Assembly: GCA_030248215.1 (NCBI GenBank)
Contig: JASANG010002570.1
Location: 62,001-126,000 of the forward strand
DNA: 64,000 bases
Direction of reading: 5' to 3'
From: Enoplolaimus lenunculus
Taxonomy: Eukaryota
This document shows, piece after piece, positions 13,570 through 27,071 of the stretch. Below the pieces are notes generated by a model, which worked only from the letters and a program-made list of their open reading frames with translations, was not told where the DNA came from and searched no databases. The position numbers were made by a program, and so were the translations under genes. The first letter of the stretch is position 1; each line of letters starts with the position of its first letter.

Positions 13570-13950
13570 TTCCCTAAGCCTAGACTAAACCTATAAATGT
13601 GGGGTAAAGTGTACAAGAGCCATAACCATATCTGCCCAAAGCCCGTAGTCTTTTTGCTGTGATTGAAACCATATTATTGTTTAGAAAAATCTTACTTAAA
13701 TCCTAAACCTTTTCGCGTTCCCTTAACCCTAGACAAGACCTATAAATGTGGGGTAAAGTGTACAAGAGCAATAACCATATCTGCCCAAAGCCCGTAGTCT
13801 TTTTGCTGTGATTGAAACCATATTTAAGTTTAGAAAAATCTTACTTAAATCCTAAACCTTTTCGCGTTCCCTTAACCCTAGACAAGACCTATAAATGTGG
13901 GGTAAAGTGTACAAGAGCCATAATCATCTGCGCCCAAAACCCGTAGTCCG
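13570..13950. repeat. 149-bp tandem repeat, about 2.5 copies
   Basis: CCTATAAATGTGGGG at 13590, 13739 and 13888. Confidence 0.9.
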
Positions 13951-16236
13951 TTTGGTGTCTACCGATTCACAAGACTAGTTATTTGACCCTTTGCCCAGTT
14001 GAGAATTGCAAATATTGACTTATTAATAAATGTACGAGTGTGTGTGTATTTAAACATTTGATCAAAATGCAGTTTTAAAATTGCAATATTTGCTTGCATT
14101 AACCGCTGTTGTATTTGGAATACACCGTTTTGTGTTAATTTCACCCCTACTGCAGGGTGGTTTTAACGCCTTTTCAGCTGGTATGGTGATTCATTAGAAA
14201 TGTGGAATGTCAGTTTTGTGAATCGGGCAAATCCTACGGATTCGCTCGACTGCGGCAGAATTATAAATTTCTGACGGGATGCGAGCTGGCAGGAAGTTAT
14301 GAAACGCAATCTTTACTATATGCTATAAATATTAATTTGTAAATGAGCAATTGTGAGGTAGAGACCTTACCATTTTATCGCAAACAAAGTTGAGGTTATA
14401 TCAAAATTTTGTCCTAAGGTGGGGTTAAATCAATGTCTTCAAGCCCAGAATGCTGTTACCCCAAGGTCCTAAGTAATAATTTTTTCCCGTTGAGCACTAT
14501 TGGCGAGTAGGACTAAAATAATCTGTTGATATATACAGGCATTTTCTGTATACTTTTAGTTGTTATAAAACAATTCAGTTATGGCAACAATGATTATCCA
14601 GCCTTCATTGGCGGATAAAATGGCAAAGAATAAGGTATTAAAACCAAAATTTTGTACTAAGATTTAGTGCTAAAATTGCGTTTAGTTTCTGGCTCGCATC
14701 GCCTAAAACGTTTTGTCACTCGTGTGCAGGGCAGAAGTTTCGTGGATTAAAACCGTTTTAGAGCTATTTCACCGGAAGGGTCGCGTTTCGCAGGGGTCCG
14801 CTTTGTTTGATTGACAGCTCAGGCCTGTTTTGTGGCTAATTAAACCCACGGCATATAATGCCAGTGCCGTTAATTGCGAACAAATTGTTTTGAGTTTGTC
14901 TGGTTTAAATCGACCTTTATTGCAGTGTTGAAATCGGTTTCAAACATTCATATTAGTACAGTTTGGGCACAGGACTGTTTAAGCTTTTGCTAAATTTTGT
15001 ATTCCGAATACTTTTTCAATACTACGACCAAGAGTCAATGTCACATGGTATAAAATGTACCAGCAGGCGTTGCATTTTTTTGCTGTACCCCCACAGCATC
15101 TATGAGAGTGAGTGGTTGATACCGTAACCACGTATTATTTGTTGAATAAAACGAAGCAAATGCCACCACCCCCAGAATTGGGATGAGGTTTGGCCAAAAC
15201 CGCAACGCGTGCTGGGGGTACAGTCTGGTTTGTACTACGTATACCGAAAAAAATCTCTTAACCTCTCAGTATTTGTAGACCGTCGCTGATTTCATTCATA
15301 TATTATTCAAATTTATAAAAGTTTTTTTTATTTATTAAATATGAAAACAAACTATTAAACATAACTGTGAAGGTCAAAATTACACAATTATTGTCGATAA
15401 TTTTTAAAACATTAATGTGTTAAATTTCTCTCTCAAAATGTGATCGATCCATCAAAATTTTTGTCCAATAACACAGCTTGGATGTTGTGATTTAGCCACG
15501 TTTTACCGATTTGGGTCCGAGTAAGGGATTGAGTCAGAGGGTCGCCTCAAATTTTCGACGAGATACCAAAATAGCCCTCCCCATTGCCATAGGCTGTTGA
15601 AGTAATTCCACGGCTTCTTAAAAGCAAACAAAAATTTTCTCGCTCGCTACGCTGGCTTCAGCGTGAATTCGTTCAAAATTTCGTTCTGTCTCGAAATGAA
15701 ATCCTGGTTACCACCGTCTGCAATCACGTGTTCGACTCAGAATTGATTCGCGTCGCTCGTGGGTCGGGTTTTTTCTCGGTTTGTTTAGGCATTAATTACT
15801 CAAAAAAATTGTTGTATATCAAATTTTCGATCAAAACGAACGCGATAAAATACAATTATTGTGTCGTTTCGTTGTGATATTTTTTGCTCAAAATTCACTT
15901 AAATGTCAACGGTTTTTTAAGAAAGTTGTTTTGACTTTAATATAAATTTTTTTCATTAGTTTTTGATTAAATTTTGTCGTGTAAAGCCAGCCAACTAAAA
16001 TTTGGCTAGACTGTTTTTCACATATACACAGTAGAAGCTGATTAACGTTTTGGCTGTCAGTACGATAGTTGTCAGGGACACGTCAGCTGTTCTTCCAGAA
16101 GTTTAGGGGAATGCAACAATAGACGGGAGCCGATATATAATGGTCAATAAAACGTTGCGGCTGAAACGAACGAGCCAAAGTTAATTTTAGTAATTTGTAA
16201 GGTACCGCGTCCTTGCTATTTTTTCATAAAAATTCA

Positions 16237-16485
16237 GGCTCATGTTACTTTAAAGGGCGTCCAGGTTTCTGGTGGGTCTATAAAAGAGTAGGTTTAGATT
16301 ATAAATTACATTTTTTGCATAGGCTTAGGCTTAGGAACACGTTTTTGCAACGCTTAGGCTTAGGAACACGTTTTTGCAACGCTTAGGCTTAGGCTTAGGA
16401 ACACATTTTTGCAACGCTTAGGCTTAGGCTTAGAATTTAGGAATACGCTTAATCTACTGTTACGCCCCTAAAAGTAACATTGGTC
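16237..16485. mobile_element. C2 MITE (3 internal units)
   Basis: Same termini; TSD AAAATTCA/AAAAACCA. Confidence 0.83.
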
Positions 16486-17707
16486 AAAAACCATTGCTGT
16501 GTTTTGTTTTGGTTTATGTAAGCAGTGAAAACATTCCAAATTTTTAAATGCTATCGAAAATTGTAATAATGGAAAAGGTAATGATATCAATAGAGGCAAC
16601 AGGGATCTTCCTTGCGCGTCCTGTAGCTGTTACCGCGCTGCGAGTCCGACGAATCGCTATTTGTTGTAGAATTAATAATGTCATACACAGATGTTGCTTG
16701 CAAAATCTTATGTAATGATAATAAGTCCCCTTTAATCGTACGTATGTTGATTTTAAGGATTAGCTTGCTTGCTTTGCGTTCCTTATACTCGAAGTTCTCA
16801 AAATGAAAAATATTATTTAAGACGAAAAAATTTCTTAAATTCTAACAAATAAATGCTAACGATAAGTCAACCATTACTAATAATTATAGCCCAAAGTTTA
16901 GATTTTTGTTTTCAGAACTATTTCTACCCCCTTATTTAAATAGGTTTTGAGTTCAAATCAGGGGCTAACCAAGGTAAAGGGTCCAGGGGCTCAACCAGGA
17001 TTTTATGTCGGAACGGGAAAAATCACGTCTAAAGTTTTTTTGCAAGCGTAGCGAATGCGAAAAATATTAATTTTTAGTTTTTGCACATTTTTCTACAGCC
17101 TATAAAAGAGTCTTTCGACTGTTTTCAGAAATTTCAATACGTTCCTTCTATTCTGCCTTGCATACGCATCTGCATGGGGCGCTTTGGGGTGGGTGTATTT
17201 TTCCACCCCAGAAGCGTTAAATGTTTTGATATTTATTTGCGAAATTAGTATAACCCAATTGAGTGGACCTTTTCAAATTGATTTTGTCCTCCGACTCTGG
17301 ACATATTTTAGGTTGCGCCGTCCGTAAACTGAGTTTTCGGCTGGTGCTAAATATGACATTGGTAACTAGTTGGTATGGCCTTTTCCGAACTAAAATTCCA
17401 GCTCGAGCAAGTACCCAGAGTTCGCCTGGGAGGCTAATAACCGACCCGCGGCAAAAATTTTACCCCACCCTTACTAGAAAAGTTTAGCATCGTTTGTTAA
17501 CTACTGAAAATCTGTGCATGCCAATCCCATTGGCGGATCCAGGATTTCCAGCGCGAGAGTATATCCTACTTTTTGCAATCTGCAATTGTACAGTTTGCAA
17601 ATCGCATTCGTAGCAATTGTTTTGGTATATTGAAATTGACTAGTTTAATTCAACTCGTGTTGTATCCTCATTTTTCAACTTTTTCGCAAAAATTACATTG
17701 ATCTTCA

Positions 17708-18173
17708 GGCCCATGTTACTTTAAGGGGCGTCCGTGTTTCTGGTGGGTCTACAAAACAGCAGGTTTAGATTCTAGGTTACATTTTTTGCTTAGGCTTAGG
17801 CTTAGGCTTAGGAACTCATTTTTGAAACGCTTATGCTTAGGCTTAGGCTTAGGCTTAGGAACTCATTTTTGAAACGCTTATGCTTAGGCTTAGGCTTAGG
17901 CTTAGGAACTCATTTTTGAAACGCTTATGCTTAGGCTTAGGCTTAGGCTTAGGAACTCATTTTTGCAACGCTTAGGCTTAGGCTTAGGCTTAGGCTTAGG
18001 AACTCATTTTTGCAACGCTTAGGCTTAGGCTTAGGCTTAGGCTTAGGAACTCATTTTTGAAACGCTTATGCTTAGGCTTAGGCTTAGGCTTAGGAACTCA
18101 TTTTCGCAACGCTTAGGCTTAGGCTTAGGAATGCGCTTCATCTACTGTTACGCCCCTTAAAGTAACATTGGCC
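17708..18173. mobile_element. C2 MITE with 7 x 47-bp internal units
   Basis: TSD GATCTTCA/GATCTTTA; unit AGGAACTCATTTTTG(A/C)AACGC plus TTAGGC hexamers. Confidence 0.92.
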
Positions 18174-19738
18174 GATCTTTATATGAACCGTTTGCATTGT
18201 TAAATTTTCAGCACCACTGTGCCCGTAGAGGATATACATACTCGCATTCCTCCTGAATCCCACCGGTAACCAATCCTGAATTTTTGGTCCCGCTGTAAAC
18301 ACGTTGAACTGCCGACACTGGCAACAGGCTTATTTCAAGCGATGCCCATGGTGCCTGTTCTTCGTTTGCATATTTTATTAATTTTTCACCAAACCGGTAC
18401 CCAGTGTCTCGTTGCTATCTTGGTAGTTCTGCCGTCCCGGTATATGAGTCGCGTAAATATTCGTGAAAACAAACCAATTTCTCCAGCTAGCTTTCGTGCA
18501 GAGGACCACAGTCCTAGCGGTATTGACCTATCGAGACACAAGCATGAGCCAGCTAAGAGAAAAAGCGATTAAAGGTAATTTTTTTGGTAAATTTAATTCG
18601 AAAATTATTAATATTAATTCAGTATGGTCCTATCTCAAATGGGCAATGGTCAGTTCGTATTGGGGCTTGCAACCTCAATGCCCGCCCGCCCCTCTGTGCG
18701 TTCGGTTCGCCCCGCGTTATACACCAACCCAATAGTTGAAACCTAATTTTCAATTAGTGATTTCTTCTTTGTAGTCAGCCCGGTTTCACTGCCACAGAAC
18801 CTCAGATGGGCTTGAAAACCAGTTTCCATCTTGAAACCCGGAATTATTTATATTGTGGTTCATCGTACTGAGTGGTATATCTGATTGAGTCTAGTATTTT
18901 CTTCGGTCCATTCTACGCTTTAGCCTTATTTCAAGGATAGGTTTAGGCTCAGGTGAAGGTTCGAAGCAACCACTTCGTGGTATGTACGATTAGAGAGATA
19001 GGAGCATACATTTCCTGACAAAATTTCAAGGGAAACAATAAAAAGTAATTTCCACAGGTTTTAGAGTAACCCCGAGAGATTACGGTGGATTGAAGCCAAA
19101 AATAATTACAGGGTCGCAGTGTTTGCTTGCAAAACAACTTTAGGATTAAATTATTTGTTTCCGAAACGAAATTTTGGCCACGCTCCTGCTCAAAATTAAG
19201 CATTGGCATGCTATTTTCTAACATTATATATAGGTATAGATATACATATACATATATATAAGTGTACGAAAAATTTGGACGCTAGGAGGTATACGGCTGG
19301 TTAATTCTAAACCCACTAAAAGTGCCTATTTTCTCACAGGTTGCGAATCCGTTCTATAGTGTGCCACCTGACCAGAAAGCCATCTATTGATGCATGCACA
19401 GGTCTCAGCTTTCACTTTCAGCGACGCATTTCCGGATAAATAATCAGTTAATTGACAAGTTACGTTTCGGTTCACAAACTAATGTCGCCAAGGTCCACTT
19501 TAGGTTATCTGTATTTGAGTAGAAGTGGCACGGAAAGAACGGCGTAGCGAAGATATTCAGGTTCATATGCTAATTCTGGCCAAAACAAAGGTCAAAATAT
19601 GTATATATTGTGTGAAGTATTACGAGAATTCGTCGTCCGGCAACTCGTTGACTGACAATTTGTAATCTGAAATTTCATCGATTCGACAATTTGTCGCCCG
19701 TCATTATGTATAGGCTGAAACGTAGGCTTAGGATTATG

Positions 19739-19922
19739 GACCAATGTAAAGAACAGAGGCGGAACAGTATTAAAAGCATATTCCTAAACCTAAGCCTAAG
19801 ACTAAGCGTAAGAATGAGCATATTCCCAAGCTTAAGCATAAGCCAAGCATAAATTAAAAACTTAAGTTTGCTCTATTGCAATCCCACAGAAAAACGTTCC
19901 GCCTCTGATCTTTACATGGGCC
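19739..19922. mobile_element. TTAGGC-bearing MITE family C3, nested in a family E element
   Basis: GACCAATGTAAAGA..TCTTTACATGGGCC; perfect TSD GGATTATG. Confidence 0.87.
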
Positions 19923-20169
19923 GGATTATGTTTAGTTTTATTAATAGGCTTTAGGACACTGTTGAGCGACAAGTTGTCGGGCGACGAATTGTCGTAGATT
20001 CTTTGTGTGTCAAAATTGAGCAGAGCGAGGTTGTATATAATTTTTTCTTTCAGCTGTTATTTCCCGTGGAGTCTCATCTAGAAATTCACAGATCTATAGT
20101 AATTTGTTGCAGTGTATATTTTGAAATATTCTTCATTGTAGTTTTTTACGGTTCAAGCAGTGAAAAAGA

Positions 20170-20772
20170 AATTATGAAAAAATTATTAATTGAGTTTTGA
20201 AGAAATGAAAAACTAATTGGAGAAGAACAATTATTAATGAAGAATGAAAAAATAATTAGAAAAAATATTAATTGAGTTTGATTAAATAAAACACTAATTG
20301 GAGAAGAACAATTATTAATTAAGAATGAAAAAGTAATTAGAAAAAATACTAATTGAGTTTTGAAGAAATGTAAAACTAATTGGAGAAGAACAATTATTAA
20401 TTAAGAATGAAAAAGTAATTAGAAAAAATACTAATTGAGTTTTGAAGAAATGTAAAACTAATTGGAGAAGAACAATTATTAATTGAGAATGAAAAAGTAA
20501 TCGGAGAAAAATTATTAATTGAGTTTTGAAGAAATGAAAAACTAATTGAAAAAGAACAATTATTAATTGAGAATGAAAAAGTAATCGGAGAAAAACTATT
20601 AATTGAGTTTTGAAGAAATGTAAAACTAATTGGAGAAGAACAATTATTATTTGCGAATAAAATAGTAATTGGAGAAAAATTATTAATTGAGTCATATAAA
20701 CAAGTTAAAAACTTGTTGAAGAAATTGAGTTCTTAAATTGAAAAAGTAATTGAAGAAAAGCAATTAATTGAA
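20170..20772. repeat. AT-rich minisatellite, about 83-bp period built from about 27-bp subunits
   Basis: TAATTGAGTTTTGAAGAAATG..ACTAATTGGAGAAGAACAATTATT recurs about 7 times. Confidence 0.88.
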
Positions 20773-21483
20773 TTCAAATCTCTAAGACCATTTTGCATTT
20801 TCTTGTGATAAAACTGTGGTTCGGGCACAGGTTTTCGAACGTTAATTCATTCAAGGGACAGGTTTTAAATATGAAATACTTAAAATACCAACTGTTCACG
20901 ATTGTAATTTTAAAGGCAGCGGTTAGTTCAATAGAGGCAGCATAAAATACAGCTGATTCGAAACATACACGTTTCCTTGTAATTTCTCGAGAAACCAGAA
21001 GAAATATACATAGTTTTCCAAGTTTCAAATGTTTTCCTAACAATGGACAGGATCGTCGATAGGATTTTAATTGAGGATATTCGTTCCCAAATCGAAACCT
21101 TGGCTACACACCTGAAAGCGGGTCGATTTATATGGTTCTATTTTATTCGGTTTAATAATGTCGAGGTCAGAACACAAGCCAGAGTAACGGGTGAAAATTA
21201 ATCTTAGGGGGTTCGTGTGTGAAATCCGACACGTTGTTTTTGAAAATATTCATCTTACAATGTGGTAAATTGCAAAATTGTTGTGTTGTTGACTCAGAAT
21301 CACATTTATGTAACAAATTCTTGTCGTCAGAGAGCGAACTTTTACACGCGTTTTGGGTGAACAAGAGTTGTCTAATTTATGATTGATAAGGCACCGAACA
21401 ACGGCTCTAGCAAGACCTACCCCCATCAGCTGAAAGCATTGTGAGTGACAGAGCGCAGGGACGTAGTTATGGTTGCATGTCGG

Positions 21484-21656
21484 CAGGGGCGTCCGCAGAA
21501 AATTGTATTTGGGGGCACACAGAATAATTTTGGAGGGGGCCAACTATAATGGAAATTCAAGATTGTTTACTTTTAGACCGAGTCTATTTTGGGGGGGCAC
21601 AGGCCAAATTGGGGGGGCACGGCACCCCCAAATGCCCCCCCGGGGGGACGTCTTTG
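21484..21656. mobile_element. hAT-like MITE (CAGGGGCGTCC TIR)
   Basis: TSD CATGTCGG/CAGGTCGG; G-runs. Confidence 0.8.
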
Positions 21657-22580
21657 CAGGTCGGCAGGTGGGGTTGTAGTGGACCCTTGAAATAAATTTA
21701 CAAACGTCAACTATTGTTAAATTTCTTTTATTTCTTGGGAGCGGATATTCCTGCCAAAAAGGTGGAAGCCTTATTTGCACCGGCCATTCGTATTTTTGGT
21801 ACTAAAAATTCAATAACAAAAGTTGCAATAAGTAGAAATTTGGTTCATTGCTCAATTATTTAGGATTCAGACCATGAGTACTTTGATGGCCGAGCCATTT
21901 TTACCCATGTTTAGAATAGAGGAAGCTTAAGCTTTAGACTAATGTTAAAAGCATATCTACCCTGAGCCTTCGGCCTCGGTAAAAAGCTTATCCTTATAGT
22001 GAAGCCGAGGTTTAGGCTTAGGAATAGGCTTATACTACTGCTAGGCCCCTCAAAGTAATACTGGCCTAATGACTTCGATTCAATGCTTATTTTAGGTCAG
22101 AAGATAATTTTTTGCCAAATTCATTCTCCGTTTCGCTAGTGCGTTATTTGTTTAAACCTGGCGTATAAGCATTTTTTCATTTTCACCCATTTGCATTATT
22201 TGAACCTGTTTAAAAGCGGTTATCATAATGGTAAAATCTGTGAGAAAGTTTCCCACGGGCGTATCGAGCAGGGAATGTATAAAGGATAGGGTGACGAGAC
22301 AATACGGCTCTGCTTTGGATGGCACTTTCTACTACTTTGGAGACATATTGCTGGGTGTGTTGGGTACTCAGGGGTGAGTGATTCTGGTTAATTTATCACA
22401 GGGGTAAAATAGTCTTTTAGACCAATAATTTGGTAAAAATATTTGCTTGAACCGGTATATTAGGCATTTTATTAAATCAACCTTCAAGGACGCTTAAAGT
22501 TATCGCGAAACTTTGGATAAAATTCGTGGTCATTGTTCAGCGCAGTCTCACGGATCCGGGATCTCATGGTTGGGAATCTA

Positions 22581-22801
22581 GGCCCGTATTCTCAAATGCG
22601 TGTTCCACCTGTTACCAGTTGATGATAGATCCTGTAACTTTGGAACCAGCGCATAGTGAGCTTCGAAATTGAGCACATTGTTCGCATTTGATTTGCCCTG
22701 TTTTTGTACCAATTTTGAGATTTGCAATTACACATGTTCGTCAGTTTGAAAACCTATCGCTAACTGGTAATAGGCGTTATACGCATTTGAGAATACGGAC
22801 C
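22581..22801. mobile_element. MITE family D (PIF/Harbinger-like, 3-bp flanks)
   Basis: TIR GGCCCGTATTCTCAAATGCG; CTA on both sides; other copies at about 27193-27415 and about 56216-56637. Confidence 0.8.
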
Positions 22802-22953
22802 CTAAGGTTAGCCAAGCTATTGTCTCTCTCTCTGTCGAGTCAACTTCGCTGTCACGTTTTCAATGTCTTCTGAAATCTTGTTTCATTTTTATAATAGAAC
22901 AGTCGAGTTGAAAATCGAAGCGACCGAAAAGCCAAACGCAATTTTAGTATGTA

Positions 22954-23205
22954 CACTGTAAATACAAATGAGTTGATTAATCAATTCAGCTAGCGAGTTG
23001 GTTATTTCTGAATTAATATCAATAAACATAAACTCACTCTGAGTTGATTTCATTCTCAAGCTGAGTTGAATTGACTCTGGGCGGGTTGGTTAATTAACTC
23101 AGAATGAATTGAATCAACTCAAAATTCTGAGTTCTGATAGTCCTAACTCAGACTGAGCGATTCAACTTATTCTGAGTTAAAATCAACTCACTGAAGTTTA
23201 CAGTG
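22954..23205. mobile_element. MITE family B (CACTGTAAA..TTTACAGTG, TA flanks, TGAGTT/AACTCA subrepeats)
   Basis: TA-CACTGTAAA..TTTACAGTG-TA; other copies at 50844, 55127, 57820 and a partial one at about 62884. Confidence 0.87.
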
Positions 23206-23299
23206 TATAAAAAGCATTCTGCACGAAGTAAACTAAGGTTCATTCGTTTGATTGACCTATTCGTCGCCCGTTAAATAACTCACAAGGTTAAATTCTTAA

Positions 23300-23562
23300 C
23301 CCCTTCTCACAATGAGTTGCCTATAGGCAACTCAGCGCAGTGTATATACGTTAAATAGTATATATCGCGCCGTGTTTAACAATTGCAACACGTATACCTA
23401 GTACTAAATCTCCACAAGACGTGAGAGCCCCCTCGGGCTCGAGCGTCAAGCTCCTACAGCTGAGTGGTGATGGCATACGCCTCCCAGTCCAGCCACTGGA
23501 GTTCTAATCCTAGCATAAAAGTAGGTCCCAGGGAAAATAGAAAATATTCATGTGACAAAGGG
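23300..23562 (+). mobile_element. piggyBac-type MITE carrying a tRNA-like Pol III cassette
   Basis: TTAA-CCCCTTCTCACA..TGTGACAAAGGG-TTAA; internal A-box- and B-box-like motifs. Confidence 0.85.
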
Positions 23563-23802
23563 TTAATCATGAGATAAATGTTGATTTACGCAAATTGACA
23601 GTTAGCAATGGTATAATAAAGGCAGTAACCCTCTCGAATAAATACGGATGCCGTTATGGGTGCTATCATGACCGTTGTAATCGTATACACCTGTTATTAG
23701 TGTCAGATGTCCAAGCTGTCGCAAGCTTGTGTTGCTAAAGAGGCTGGAAAATTTTTATGAGACATACAAGGCTTCACGAGGTTTCAGAAGCTTGAAATCT
23801 TT

Positions 23803-23991
23803 AGCCAATGTAAAGAACATTGGCGGAACAGTAATTCCTAAGCCTAAACCTTAAAGCCTAAGCCTACACGCAAGAATGAGTTTATTCCTAAGTCTAAAGC
23901 CTAAGCCAAGCAAAAAAATTAGTCTAAAGCTTAACCTTACTCTTTTCTAGTCCCACAGAAAAACGTTCCGCCCCTAATCTTTACATTGGCC
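23803..23991. mobile_element. C3 MITE nested in a decayed family F element
   Basis: AGCCAATGTAAAGA..TCTTTACATTGGCC; flanks AAATCTTT/AAATTTTC. Confidence 0.78.
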
Positions 23992-26238
23992 AAATTTTCT
24001 TAGGCGGCCAAAATTGTTCCCGGGGAAGCTGAGCCACCCCGGTCCGTTTTAGCTATGGCCTGTCAAATGTATATGTCGTCATGCTTAGAAAAGTGTTAAT
24101 AGTTTGATACGTTAATTTAGCTGTCAACGTGTGACATGGCTTACCACTTCGTGGTTAAGAAGATATAATATTCTATGGTGTTTGTGGTGCAATAATTGAT
24201 GATAATGTGTTTTTACAGGTATATACTATGGACAATGCTACTTATAGTGGGCTAACAGTAGATTTAAGCGTATTCCTAAGTCTAAAGCGTAAGCCTAAGC
24301 GTTGCAAAAATGATTTCCTAAGCCTAAGCAATGAAATGTAATCTAGAATCTAAACTCACTCATTTATATACCCATCAGAAACCGGGACGCACCTCAAAGT
24401 AACATGAGCCCTTAGCATTTAGGCTTGAAGGCCGTATTCTCAACTGTGTGTACCACCTATCACCGGTTAGTAACAAGTTGTCACTAGTGTCGCTCACTTG
24501 GAAAATAATATGGTTTATAGCTAAATATGAGCTGATAAGAGTGAGTCCAAATTTAACCAGTTGAAAGGTCGTGGTGTCAGCATGAGGGGTGTTTTTTGTG
24601 TTACTGAAATTATAAGCATCGGAATATATGGTTAAGATATTGTTCGTAGTGTTTTGTTTCTACATTTCCATACTTCAAAAAGTGCTGCGAGTTATATTCT
24701 AGCTTTATAGCTTGTTAATGTTCAGTAGTTGCGCAGCGATAATAGCGCAAGGCATATTATTCTAATTTATTTATTGAAAATTGTCCGAGCGTGCATTGCC
24801 AAAATTTTCATTTTGTGCTATACTCCATAATTTGTCGTATGTTTCCACCTACTGCATTTGTTTCAAGATTTTGGCATTCTAAATGGTTTGTTTACAGCAT
24901 TAAAAGCGATTAAATAGCGCTTAAAAATAAATTTTTCGGTACCAAATATTTTTGATTTTCCGGCTCCGGTTCCGGTTCGGTATTTTTTTAACTTTCCGGT
25001 TCCGGTATTTTATAATTTCGGTTGCACCCTGGTATATAAAGTAAAATAAATTCCGTTTGAAAAACAGTCTTTGTAAGAAAAATTAGCATAAATGTGCGCA
25101 CAAAGTTTACGAAGTCAATTCGTATTTTCACCCCGGAAATTTTTGCCTGACACAACCAGGGTCACATACGAAGAAGATTTTTATCACAAAAGATTTTTGG
25201 GCGTAGCCGAGGTATTCCCTGTCCCCTGAAGTTAAAGTTACAATTTCCTTAAATGGCTGGCAGTTGACCAGTTTATAACATCGCTTTCCAGCAGAGGTCT
25301 GTGTAAAAGTTCACTGGTTTGATGTAATTTTAAGATAACCTAAGCTTTATGCTTCGATTTTGCATATTACACAACGGATTATGATGCAATACCTTTGTAT
25401 AAAATGTATTTTTGGTCAAAATTTATTTAAGCTTTTATATTTTGTGTTTGGTTTACGTTTTCAATGACACAGTCACCACAGGAGGAGGGGACTAAGATAG
25501 CCGTACCCCCAACGGGTGGGGTTGAAAAAATAATATTTCAATTAATAAATATGCGTTAAACACGCACAATTACTAATTTTGAAGCTAACTGTTAAACACT
25601 AATACCTTTTTAGTGTTTGATTCTACCAAAACCAGCAAATCATGCTGGTTACGTTTCTGGTTATACATCACTACCTTGACAAATGTGTTGTGGGTAATAA
25701 AGTTGAAAAAATTTATTTTCCAAATTCAAATCAAAAGCCAAAATTAAAATTGGTACGTAACCAGCGAGAATTTGTGAGGAACTCGCAATTGACCCGTTTC
25801 AGGTTTATTTCGCTTGTAAATCTGGTGTTTTAAGGGGTGTAGCCAGGAGTTCGTTTTAGAAGGATGTAACGTCAACTGAAAACTTAACGAGCGTAAAAAA
25901 TTCGGCCTAGGTGTAGGACAGGATCGTAACAGTAGCATAACCATATTCCTAAACCAAAGCTTAAACGTTGGAATGGGTTTATAGCTAAAACTGAGCAAAA
26001 AATAGTCTAAAACTTAAGCTTGCTCTAGTGCAGTCCCGCTGCAAAAACATCCCGCCTCTGATCTTTATATGGAACAAAATTTTTGACGTCAAGATATACG
26101 GACGCTACTAACAATGGCCTTAACTAAAAGTTAGGTTAATTTGAAGGATTTGAAGTTAAATTTTTAAAATTTCAACCAGTAAATACTTTAAGTTTACTTT
26201 CATTAAATTTCGCTAAAATGCAAACATATAAAACTATG

Positions 26239-26386
26239 GACCCATGTATAGAACAGGGCCGGATCGTTTTCCGGAGGGGCTATAATAGAGTCAGTTTAAG
26301 CTTTAGACTAATATTTTTGGCTTAGGCTTAGGAATAGGCTCATCCATACGCTTATGCTTAGGCTTAGGAATATGCTTATATGGGCC
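26239..26386. mobile_element. C1 MITE, internally deleted
   Basis: TSD AAACTATG/AAACTCTG. Confidence 0.82.
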
Positions 26387-26889
26387 AAACTCTGAATGTA
26401 TTGTACAGCAGTTTATCACTACACTAGCCCATCACCGATAATTTTAGCTGAATTTTGACTAAACTTGTAGAAACCAGTGTACAAATACACTAAAACTATT
26501 CCTATACATGAAATGAACGTTTTCTTAGGAGTCGCCTGGTTAAGTACAGAGAATGTATTAATGGTTTGGACATTTTCAGGGCGGTTAACCTTCGAATTAA
26601 CAAAAATCTGAGGTAAAAACGACGAAAACAGGCAGCATTTCGAAGGATTATGCATATCATAGATAATTATTAATATTTGCAACAATAAATGTTCGAATAG
26701 CACAATTGGTTAAAATAACGCTGGTTACGAGACATAACAACTATACTGCAGGTATTCCCCTGCAGTTGCAAATCAGTCGTGATAATAGAAGATTTTACGG
26801 CACAGGGGTCGTAAACGAATCATTAAATTTTAATGAGATTAAAGTTTTACAACGGATAAAGTTACCTTTGACATTTAATAGTCCATTTA

Positions 26890-27071
26890 TTGCGGTGGAT
26901 TCAGAAATTTGTGACGGGGGTGCTGCGAGCTGGCAAAAGTTATGAAACGCAATTGTTTTACTGTATGCGACAATTTTCTGAACGGGGACCAAGATAGGAA
27001 CCTTACCATTTTATCACAAAAAATTGTCTGACGGGGGCGTACACAGCCCGTTCCCTCTGGAGCCGCTAGTG
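26890..27071. mobile_element. Family G MITE
   Basis: TSD TCCATTTA/TCCATGTA. Confidence 0.82.

Noticed and set aside
17788..18130. True telomere or chromosome-fusion scar
   Set aside because: The tract is interrupted by regular spacers and enclosed by TIRs and a TSD; sibling copies occur in both orientations.
20315..20695. 126-aa hydrophobic ORF
   Set aside because: Translation of the AT-rich minisatellite.
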